Assembly (NCBI GenBank): GCA_049606035.1
Contig: JBMYVD010000001.1
Coordinates: 34,244-98,243, forward strand
DNA: 64,000 nt
Direction: 5' to 3'
Origin: Candidatus Poseidoniaceae archaeon
Lineage (GTDB): Archaea > Thermoplasmatota > Poseidoniia > Poseidoniales > Poseidoniaceae
The notes below the pieces were generated by a model, which worked only from the letters and a program-made list of their open reading frames with translations, did no database searches and had not been told where the DNA came from. This document shows, piece by piece, positions 45,919-54,054 of the stretch (the stretch's first letter is position 1; every line of letters begins with the position of its first letter). The position numbers were made by a program, and so were the translations under genes.

Positions 45919-46122
45919 TCCTTTGCCACCAATTTTAGCCATAGAAAGGACTACAGGGATGTATCTAAAGGATGATCCCTTCTAATGAGTCTTTTTGACT
46001 TTTAAACATAAAGCCTTCGGCACAAAATTTGTGAAAACGAGCAATAGCGTTGCCGATTAATCAAACACGCAATACACCTCATACAACAAGAAGCATAAAT
46101 CATGCTCTGTTAGAGGTCTGTA

Positions 46123-47484
46123 ATGGCATCTGGAGGACATGGAATTTTCACCCCCGAAGATGCACACTCTGAGGTCGATCGGCAGAAGAGGCCATCTCTG
46201 ACCATGGAATGGTTTCCAAATTCAAAGCAGTGTATTGAACTGACCATCCCTCCTACCGTTTATCCTCCCAGAGAAGACACTGACTTATTGGCCAACAGGC
46301 TAATACAACTAGGGCCTGGAAAAGGAAGAAAATTCCTAGAGATTGGTTGTGGCTCGGGCGCCCTAAGCATTCTCGCATCATCACTAGGATGGAATGTTCA
46401 TGCTTGCGACATAAATCCGTTTGCTGTAGCTGCAACTAGAGGAAATATGGCAAAAAATTTGCAAGACGGCACCATCAAGGAAGGAGGAGTTGGCCCCGAT
46501 GGTTTTCCGTTTGAGGACAAGTTCGATTTGATCCTCTGGAATCTACCCTACATCCCTGCCGATGAGGTGAATGAATTACTTGGCCCAATGGAAGAAGCCG
46601 GACTTATTGACACAGATACACAGGGATTACAAAGTAGGTTCATATCATTAGTTGAGAAAAATAATCTTCTTACAACAAGTGGGAAGATGCTACTTTTAGG
46701 GAGGACTGGAAGTATTGGAGCGTCTGAGAATTTTGCAGTAAGAGATTGGGACACATTAGAGTTTGATGATGGTGAATCATTGACGGTTTTTTGCTTGTGG
46801 AAACCTTGGGAGAACGCCGAAAATGTATTTGTTCAAAGCACTGGTTCAACCAACGATGATCTATTTCACAAATCTGGAATTGGGACCCACATTTCAACTG
46901 CCTTACAAACATCCGGTAGAGGACGAAGAGATAGAAAATGGAATTCTATAGAAGAGTGTTACGCAGGTTCGTGGATTGTAGCAGAAGACACAGAAGTTAA
47001 CCCTGGCCTGCTACAATTATCAGGTGGTTTGGCAGTAATTAAATCAATACAAAGTGATCGCCTCAAACTCAAATGGCCTAACGACATTTTAATCGATGAG
47101 AGAAAATTATGTGGAGTACTCGTAGAGGGTAAATCTTCTCAAGATTCAACCAAAGTTGTTCTTGGAATTGGAATCAATTTGAAAACTTCTGACAAGACAA
47201 TTGACGGAAAGGAAATTAGCACACTTGACGAAATCGCAACAATGGATTTCCACACAATCGATCGAAAACTAAACTCTGAATTATCATCACTAATAGAGGA
47301 GCGTAATGACATACCACCAGTAAACTTTGAATCAATACTAGCAGAAATATTGAGGCATATGAAGTCACTGGGTAGACCCAGATATTGCGAGGTTGTGTAC
47401 GAGAATTTTGATCTCAATGAAAGAGGTGAACTATTATTGGGACACAATGTCATTGATGACGGAGAAGACGTTACTTGGGTCTAG
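46123..47484 (+). CDS. Fusion: class I SAM methyltransferase with NPPY-like motif (PrmC/Mtq2-like) plus biotin-protein ligase (BirA-like) catalytic domain
   Basis: LEIGCGSGALS, DINPFAV, NLPYIP; then QTSGRGRRDRKWNS, KWPNDILIDERKLCGVLVE, GIGINL. Confidence 0.7.
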   Translation: MASGGHGIFTPEDAHSEVDRQKRPSLTMEWFPNSKQCIELTIPPTVYPPREDTDLLANRLIQLGPGKGRKFLEIGCGSGALSILASSLGWNVHACDINPFAVAATRGNMAKNLQDGTIKEGGVGPDGFPFEDKFDLILWNLPYIPADEVNELLGPMEEAGLIDTDTQGLQSRFISLVEKNNLLTTSGKMLLLGRTGSIGASENFAVRDWDTLEFDDGESLTVFCLWKPWENAENVFVQSTGSTNDDLFHKSGIGTHISTALQTSGRGRRDRKWNSIEECYAGSWIVAEDTEVNPGLLQLSGGLAVIKSIQSDRLKLKWPNDILIDERKLCGVLVEGKSSQDSTKVVLGIGINLKTSDKTIDGKEISTLDEIATMDFHTIDRKLNSELSSLIEERNDIPPVNFESILAEILRHMKSLGRPRYCEVVYENFDLNERGELLLGHNVIDDGEDVTWV

Positions 47485-47963
47485 TCCTCAAGCAGTGCTT
47501 CCACTGCCTCTTCATCAACATCTTTTGTGATTCTCTTCAAAATTCCAAAAGCTAGTACTAATGCGCCAACCGGGTAAAGTCCGTAATCGAATATTATGCC
47601 CCGGCTAACTGAGTAATCAATGCTTGAATCCTCTAGACCCAAAATTTGGAAGGTATGGACACCATCGGATTTTGCTTCGTATTCCCAATTTCCTTTTTGA
47701 TTGTCATCAAAGTCTGAAGAACCATCAGGAAGAATGATTGTTGGCCTTATTTCCCCTTCGATTACATCGAGACTGAAAGTATCACCCGCAGATAAATCAT
47801 ACTTTATCTCGAAAGTTTCGCATTCTTCTTCATCGCAATCAACTGCGATTGGTGTCGACCATGCTTGAAGAACTAACAGGGTTAGTAGTATAGTCGAACC
47901 AATGAGAATCATGACATCCTCACTTTTGACAGGCGGTGCTGCTCCTCCTGCTCCCATGTCCAT
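47481..47963 (-). CDS. Membrane-anchored extracytoplasmic protein, hypothetical
   Basis: N-terminal TM (VMILIGSTILLTLLVL) and C-terminal TM; acidic ectodomain. Confidence 0.4.
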   Translation of the reverse strand: MDMGAGGAAPPVKSEDVMILIGSTILLTLLVLQAWSTPIAVDCDEEECETFEIKYDLSAGDTFSLDVIEGEIRPTIILPDGSSDFDDNQKGNWEYEAKSDGVHTFQILGLEDSSIDYSVSRGIIFDYGLYPVGALVLAFGILKRITKDVDEEAVEALLED

Positions 47964-47982
47964 GCGGAGGAGATAGGGCTCT

Positions 47983-48267
47983 TCAACGCTTTCTAGGCTT
48001 GCGAGAGAAATTCATTCTCTCCCGTACAAGTTTAATTTTCCCGCTCGAGGTTACAGTTTTGATTCTACTGTTTATCAGGACCTCCTTAGTTGATTCATAA
48101 TCTTCTAACCGGACCATGAAGATGCACTTACCTTCTTCAAAATCGTATAATTTTAGTGGGTAATTTGACGCATACTCTGAAAGTTCGGAACGTTTCTCAA
48201 AACTTCCGACCTCACAGCCAATCCATCGACGCTTGCCTCTAAGAGCCTTCGTCAATTTCTTGGCCAT
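47983..48267 (-). CDS. rnp2: RNase P protein component 2 (Pop5/Rnp2-like)
   Basis: LRGKRRWIGCEV..KLYDFEEGKCIFMVRLEDYESTKEVL resembles Pop5 N-terminal and central motifs. Confidence 0.5.
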   Translation of the reverse strand: MAKKLTKALRGKRRWIGCEVGSFEKRSELSEYASNYPLKLYDFEEGKCIFMVRLEDYESTKEVLINSRIKTVTSSGKIKLVRERMNFSRKPRKR

Positions 48268-48330
48268 ACAACCTCGTCGAGGGCATTTATCTTAACATAA
48301 TGCCAACACTGCCCCTACCGAGGGGACATT

Positions 48331-49653
48331 ATGGAGGAGGATTCTCAACAAGAATTCAAGCAAATTGGAATGCTCCAGCTAATCCGTAATATGCTCTCTC
48401 CAAGGACCTTGCCACACATTATCATGATAGCAATTATATCATCCATTCTGCTATTTTTGGTCAGCACGCAAGAGGTCCTTGTTGCAATGTCTTTCATATC
48501 CTTGTCAATTTCCTATGTCGTAGTATCAATGCTATCTAACAATTCAATGATACAAAGTCTAACCAAATTACCTGAAGAAAAAGGCGATTCACAATGGATT
48601 GTGCGTTTCTTATTCAGTTTTCGAATAACGATAGTACCGATTCTAATTGCTGCAGTAATTGTTGGACTATTATGGAGTTTAACTGGAGGAAATGACAACG
48701 GTTGGATATCTCCTGCTCTGGCTTCCTTGTTTATCGTCTGGTCGATTGCCCAAGCTGCTTCGTTTAGAACAGGAATGGTGGAGTGGTTGGCGAATGGACT
48801 CGGAGATGCGAAACTTCATACTTACCAAGAGAAGATATCAACTGCTTCACAAGTTGTAGTTGTCCAAGTTTTTGCCTTGGTGATATTATGGCTTGGCCAA
48901 ATAATTAGCCAGGCAGAGAAAATGACGCTTCAGGATGCGCTTCTAGGCGGAATCGCTTTCATCATTGTCAGCGTTATTCTCCAAGCTATCACGCTTTGGT
49001 TGACCAGAAGTGAGAGAGAGGCATCAGGGAATGAAAAGGGAATGGCTGCATTTTCATTCAAGTGGATGATAGTAGCACAATTATTCATCACATGGCACGC
49101 ATTTAGCATATACCGCCGTACTGCAATGAGCCCGTCTGACCTATCAACAATTATCGAAGAAGGTCTTCTAATGGCATTCACGGTAATTTTCGCAGTCTGG
49201 TCACTTACAACATACACAGTTAGAGATGGCAAGCGACTGATATCTGAACATGCATCATTACCCTTAGGAATTTCATTTGGATACGCCTATGCAGGTTCTG
49301 TTGCAATGTTGACTGGAACGTTTGATAGTCTAAAGGAAGTCATGATTTTTGGACACGTATTGTCGATTTGTGCAATGATGCTATTGTTGAGACCTACCTT
49401 AAGAACTAGCAGAATGACTTCTGAGATGTTCCTCAAAGCAATAAATGTCGACATTACAATGCCAGAAGAAACTGAAGAGGTTGAGCCCGAACAGGACGAA
49501 GATTCAGAGGATGACAATTCAGAAACAGAAGGAGAAACTGTTGATGAAGAATGGCAAGAAGACGGAGAAATCGATTGGGAGAAAGGCGTTGACATCTCTG
49601 AGGGAACCGACTGGGATGGAAAAGATTCTGAACAGGAAGAAGAATCATACTAG
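48331..49653 (+). CDS. Polytopic membrane protein with acidic C-terminal tail, hypothetical
   Basis: About 10 TM helices; C-terminal E/D-rich 70 aa. Confidence 0.5.
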   Translation: MEEDSQQEFKQIGMLQLIRNMLSPRTLPHIIMIAIISSILLFLVSTQEVLVAMSFISLSISYVVVSMLSNNSMIQSLTKLPEEKGDSQWIVRFLFSFRITIVPILIAAVIVGLLWSLTGGNDNGWISPALASLFIVWSIAQAASFRTGMVEWLANGLGDAKLHTYQEKISTASQVVVVQVFALVILWLGQIISQAEKMTLQDALLGGIAFIIVSVILQAITLWLTRSEREASGNEKGMAAFSFKWMIVAQLFITWHAFSIYRRTAMSPSDLSTIIEEGLLMAFTVIFAVWSLTTYTVRDGKRLISEHASLPLGISFGYAYAGSVAMLTGTFDSLKEVMIFGHVLSICAMMLLLRPTLRTSRMTSEMFLKAINVDITMPEETEEVEPEQDEDSEDDNSETEGETVDEEWQEDGEIDWEKGVDISEGTDWDGKDSEQEEESY

Positions 49654-50574
49654 ACTAAGATTGGATTTTTCTTCTAAACCGGAGACTACCGCAACCACTC
49701 TGATTCTGCCTTGTAAGTCATCACTTACACGGGCACCCAAGATGACCTGAGCATCTTCATCAAAGCGTGCAGTGAAAGCGTCTGCGATCAAGCCGACTTG
49801 TCCAACAGTCATGCCCGGTCCCCCTTCAATTTGGAGTAAACATGCCTTAGCTCCGTCCATTGACAAATCTGCAAGTGGGGCACTAAGAGCATCCTCAAGG
49901 AGGCCAATTGCATCATCTGGGTCACCTTGGCCAACCATAAGAGTAGAACCTCCAGAGTGGCCAACAATAGTTTTCAAATCCATCATATCGAGATTAATCA
50001 AACCAAGTCTCATTAAAGTCCTGACCAATCCTTCAACGAATTCTTCAACCCAGGACGCTCCGACCCTCCAATCTGTTCCTCTTTCTCTTGCTTGCCAAGC
50101 CAATCTATCTAGACTCAACCTTACACAAACATCCGAGTTGGATTCCAACCTTGTAAGTCCCTCGTTGCTCACTTTCAATCTTGCTTCTTGTGCCTCGAAA
50201 GGTATTGCTGCGATAGATATCACAATCGCACCTGATAACCGTGCTTGTCTGGCAAATTCCGACGAGGCACCAGTTCCTGTACCACCACCCAAGCCAGTTA
50301 GTAAGACAACTAACTCAACATCATTTAGTAGGGTTCTGGATACCGAAGAGGCTTGCCTCATTCTCTGCTCTCCTAAAGGTGGAAGCGCTGCGCAGCCTGT
50401 TGAATCTAAGTCCTTACCCAAACGAATAACGTGTGATTCAGGATAGTCAAATGAGGACTCATCCGCATCAATTAGTACCAAATCAATACCGTGCCCTGTT
50501 CTTGAATGGGCACGCTTTGCCCATGAGCAACCTAATCCACCGACGCCTGCAATCAGGATTTGGGCGCCATCCAT
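49645..50574 (-). CDS. FtsZ/tubulin-family GTPase, short divergent form (309 aa, no C-terminal tail)
   Basis: GVGGLGCSWA; GGGTGTGASSEFA tubulin signature; GLINLDMMDLKTIV T7-like loop. Confidence 0.75.
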   Translation of the reverse strand: MDGAQILIAGVGGLGCSWAKRAHSRTGHGIDLVLIDADESSFDYPESHVIRLGKDLDSTGCAALPPLGEQRMRQASSVSRTLLNDVELVVLLTGLGGGTGTGASSEFARQARLSGAIVISIAAIPFEAQEARLKVSNEGLTRLESNSDVCVRLSLDRLAWQARERGTDWRVGASWVEEFVEGLVRTLMRLGLINLDMMDLKTIVGHSGGSTLMVGQGDPDDAIGLLEDALSAPLADLSMDGAKACLLQIEGGPGMTVGQVGLIADAFTARFDEDAQVILGARVSDDLQGRIRVVAVVSGLEEKSNLSLV

Positions 50575-50599
50575 GACAGACCCTTACCGAGGAGGTTAT

Positions 50600-50905
50600 T
50601 CAATCTCTGCCCACATATCTCTGATAGCGACGTCTAGCGTCCCTGGCCCAAGCATTGTCAGGCTCAAGTCTCAGAACTTTGTCATAAAGTTCTACAGCTT
50701 TTTCAAAATCAGAAAAATGTCTTCCATACAAGTGTGCTAAATTATTCAGCACAGGTATACACTCATCATCATCTTCTAACATTTCAAGAAGAATTTCTTC
50801 AGATTTTCCTAGATTATTTCTAAGCATTTCTTCTTCTGCTTCTTCTAGTTTGACAAGTTGTTCATTTGAGAGGTCATAGGTGTTCTCAAAAGGGTGGTCT
50901 GACAT
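50600..50905 (-). CDS. Small TPR-like acidic protein, hypothetical
   Basis: ORF track; NLAHLYGRHFSDFEKAVELYDKVLRLEPDNAWA TPR-like helix pair. Confidence 0.35.
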   Translation of the reverse strand: MSDHPFENTYDLSNEQLVKLEEAEEEMLRNNLGKSEEILLEMLEDDDECIPVLNNLAHLYGRHFSDFEKAVELYDKVLRLEPDNAWARDARRRYQRYVGRD

Positions 50906-51053
50906 AGCCTCACCAAGTGGGGAATCAACATAGGATTTGCCTTTGGATGTTTAGGCAAGAAAACGGGCCAAAATGTTACACTGCTCGGCAACCCTTAGAC
51001 GAAAATGCAGGGAACGATTATAGGCGCAATCCAAGTCCGATTAAACACTGGGG

Positions 51054-51857
51054 TTGGCGATGCTAATGTCGAAGGTTTTCCAACGAAGTCTCCTGCCTAT
51101 GGTGCTTGTAACATTGATGCTCTTACCGGGCATCACTAATGCCTATCCAGACGGCATAGGGGCAGGCGGTCATTCTCACAACGGAGAAACTATCGATGAC
51201 GTCGCCAAAGAAGGTTGCTTATGCCACGGTGACCAACCGAGTAACGATGTCATGGTCCTCCTTGTTGGAGTCCCGTACACATGGGTTGCAAATGCAGAAT
51301 ATGACCTGAGGCTGGAAGTCATCGGCGGCCCAGATACAAACATGGGTGGATTCTCTGCAAGAGTCAGCGCTGGCGAATGGTCTGGCGACGGAGAAGCTTG
51401 GGGAGACGATGCTGCAACAAGGACACACCAATCACCCAACTCTAGAATTTTTGAACTAACATGGACCGCACCAGCCGACAACTCCAGCGGAACAACTGTC
51501 GACTTCTGGATTAGCGGGAATGCGGTTAATGGAGCAGATGGGCCTGCTGGAGATTATTGGAACCAAATTGTGTTCAATCTAATCGAAGCACCTGAGGATG
51601 ACAAGAGAGGAGATAGAACACTAATCGCAGGAAGCGGCACTCCAACAGCACCAGAGAGCAAGGCTGGAGAAATCGACATCTCGACACTCGGCGCTGGTTT
51701 CAGAGCTCACTGGCTTGGATTACTAGGATTCGGCGCCGTTATCGCAGTGATTGTATTCTGTGGACTTCTACTCAGATATGGATTCTCAACATCTTACAAA
51801 GGCCGCAGCAACTTGCTGAGACTGAGATACAAGATTAACAGAAGAGGTGACCAGTGA
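51054..51857 (+). CDS. Secreted protein with signal peptide and C-terminal TM anchor; His-rich region and CLCH motif
   Basis: Signal peptide, GHSHNGE..EGCLCHGD, C-terminal TM; first gene of the Rieske/cyt b cluster. Confidence 0.5.
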   Translation: MAMLMSKVFQRSLLPMVLVTLMLLPGITNAYPDGIGAGGHSHNGETIDDVAKEGCLCHGDQPSNDVMVLLVGVPYTWVANAEYDLRLEVIGGPDTNMGGFSARVSAGEWSGDGEAWGDDAATRTHQSPNSRIFELTWTAPADNSSGTTVDFWISGNAVNGADGPAGDYWNQIVFNLIEAPEDDKRGDRTLIAGSGTPTAPESKAGEIDISTLGAGFRAHWLGLLGFGAVIAVIVFCGLLLRYGFSTSYKGRSNLLRLRYKINRRGDQ

Positions 51858-52309
51858 TGGCTAAAGACACGATCACACAACTTCTTGAGAAGGTTGCTGC
51901 AGGAAAGGTGAGCGTCAAGGATGCTCGCACAGCTCTGGAAGATGCATCATTAACTGAAGAACAGATGGATGCTGCAATTAACCACGGAGTATTCAACCCA
52001 GCAGAACCCGGTACAGTAATTTCAGCATCTTTGGCTCCATCCGGTAAATCCGCTCTTACCATATTCTTCTTTTCTTGGGGAATTTTCTGGGCCCTGTACT
52101 GGTTTGGAACCATGCTATACGGGCTGCTCAACGGCTCTAGTTGGGACCAACAACAACTTTCCTACCACATGGCGATGGGTATTACAACCCTAATTATGAT
52201 GGGAATCATCTATCTGAAATTCGTGTTGCCTGACACAATTATCGTCAAGCACAGCCAAAACAAGTACATCCCTGAACATCAGAAGGATTGGAGAGAATAC
52301 AAGTGGTGA
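51854..52309 (+). CDS. Membrane protein (3 TM), hypothetical
   Basis: ORF track; translationally coupled (ATGA overlap) to the upstream gene. Confidence 0.4.
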   Translation: MMAKDTITQLLEKVAAGKVSVKDARTALEDASLTEEQMDAAINHGVFNPAEPGTVISASLAPSGKSALTIFFFSWGIFWALYWFGTMLYGLLNGSSWDQQQLSYHMAMGITTLIMMGIIYLKFVLPDTIIVKHSQNKYIPEHQKDWREYKW

Positions 52310-52313
52310 TATT

Positions 52314-53162
52314 ATGGACGACAGGAGATTAAGACCAGCACCATCACTAGAAGACTCAGTTTTAGGCTCCCTTGGAGAAGTTTCAGTCAACCGTAGACAA
52401 TTCATGCGCTACGGATTCAACGCTGCTGGTGGTGTACTAGCAGCAACCCTTGGAGCGTTAGGTTTCGCAGCGATTCTTATGCCTCCATCCGGTGGAGGAG
52501 GAGGAGACTCCTCGGTCCTATACTGGGCAAAGGGTCGTGAGGAAGAAGCATGGTATGGAGCAAAGCACCTACAACCAATGATGAAGTCTGATTTTGAAGC
52601 AGAAGCCGCCAACTCGAATGTCGGCATGGCTGGTGCTCAAGGTGTATGGAACGGTCTACCTGTAATCGTCAACTATGTACCTCACGCCGAGAACTCTGGC
52701 AAGCCTGTGGCAGACAACCTACCAAGATTCCAAGAAATGGCAGGTTACGACATCGGTGGCAACTACGTTGGCCATGCTACCGAATTCTTGCTTGGGAACT
52801 CGGAAGTATTCGACCCCAACAACAACCTAGTCATGAGTTTCGCAAGATGCACACACCTGTGTTGTATCCCAGGATGGCAACTTGTAACAAACACTCAGAC
52901 CGATGACAACTGGACACCGGGTGGTGGAGACGATGGTGGGAGCAAGATGTTCTGCATCTGCCACTCCAGCAGATTCGACCCTACTGCAATCGAGGTCAAC
53001 AGAAACGCAAACAGGTCAACTGGTGCTTCTTTCGAATACCTAGGTATTAGAAGAGCTGGTGGCCCTGCTCCTCTTGGACTACCAATCATTCCAATCATTA
53101 TGAACGGAGACACAATCGAAGCGTCTTCTGATTACACGGGCTGGTTGACCTACTGCGACTGA
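52314..53162 (+). CDS. Rieske [2Fe-2S] protein with twin-arginine signal
   Basis: NRRQFMRY Tat motif; CTHLCC and CICHSS Rieske boxes. Confidence 0.85.
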   Translation: MDDRRLRPAPSLEDSVLGSLGEVSVNRRQFMRYGFNAAGGVLAATLGALGFAAILMPPSGGGGGDSSVLYWAKGREEEAWYGAKHLQPMMKSDFEAEAANSNVGMAGAQGVWNGLPVIVNYVPHAENSGKPVADNLPRFQEMAGYDIGGNYVGHATEFLLGNSEVFDPNNNLVMSFARCTHLCCIPGWQLVTNTQTDDNWTPGGGDDGGSKMFCICHSSRFDPTAIEVNRNANRSTGASFEYLGIRRAGGPAPLGLPIIPIIMNGDTIEASSDYTGWLTYCD

Positions 53163-53171
53163 GGTGATTAT

Positions 53172-54038
53172 GTGAGCACAATTTTCTGGGTACTTTGGTT
53201 CTTCATAGCATTCATTATTGTCTTAATTGCGTTTACTTTGCGCAAGGAAAACGAAGAGATTCCTCGTAGAGAAATCCTACGTGCTGTTGAATCCAGCGGC
53301 AAGATGGGATTCGCTGAGCGTGCGTTCTTGTGGGTATTCTCATTCTTGGATACTAGATTTAGGATTCAAGACTACTGGAATATGTCAAAGGGTGCATACT
53401 ACAACATGCACAGGCAGATGCCACTTACACACGCAGAGAAATACAAGCTGCGAATTATTTGGTACTGGTACCCACTCTACTGCTTGGGTGGAATTTCATT
53501 CCTATCATTCATCATTCTAGTACTAACTGGAACCGTTCTCGGAATCTACTATGTCCCTGGTGGAGAGGGTGATCCATCCCCTGCATATGCGAGTATGCAA
53601 TTCATCATGACACAACTTCCGTTCGGATACATTATCCGTGCAGTACACCATTGGGGTACACACTTCATGGTAGCATCGGTATTCTTACACATGTGTAGAG
53701 TATACTTTACTGGTGCATACCGCAACCCACGTGAATTGAACTGGCTGATCGGTGTTGCCTTAATGGCACTAACAATTGTCTTCGGTTACTCTGGATACCT
53801 ACTTCCATGGGATACATTGGCTTACGGAGCTGCTGTTATCGGAATTAACCTAGCAAACGCTACACCATTGATTGGAAAGTACATCGCTACACTACTATTC
53901 TCTGGTTCATCCTTGTCCCACAGAACGGTAACACGAATGTACTTCATTCACGTGTTTATTTTGCCAGTTATCGTTACAACTCTAATCATCATACATTTGT
54001 TCATTGTATGGGTTCAAGGAATAGCGGAGCCGCATTGA
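53172..54038 (+). CDS. Cytochrome b, N-terminal (heme-binding, b6-like) half
   Basis: HHWGTHFMVASVFLHMCRVYFTGAY and SLSHRTVTRMYFIHVFILP His ligands; GTG start per track. Confidence 0.85.
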   Translation: MSTIFWVLWFFIAFIIVLIAFTLRKENEEIPRREILRAVESSGKMGFAERAFLWVFSFLDTRFRIQDYWNMSKGAYYNMHRQMPLTHAEKYKLRIIWYWYPLYCLGGISFLSFIILVLTGTVLGIYYVPGGEGDPSPAYASMQFIMTQLPFGYIIRAVHHWGTHFMVASVFLHMCRVYFTGAYRNPRELNWLIGVALMALTIVFGYSGYLLPWDTLAYGAAVIGINLANATPLIGKYIATLLFSGSSLSHRTVTRMYFIHVFILPVIVTTLIIIHLFIVWVQGIAEPH

Positions 54039-54054
54039 TACAGGAGGAATAAGT

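Noticed and set aside
53155-53175. Possible read-through or frameshift at the Rieske stop, together with the cytochrome b start
   Set aside because: My manual reading of the printed sequence suggested gac-ttg-agg-tga, whereas the ORF track ends the Rieske ORF at 53162 and starts cyt b at 53172. A compensating one-base discrepancy appears near 53940. Both ORFs translate cleanly, so I treat this as my mis-indexing and not biology.
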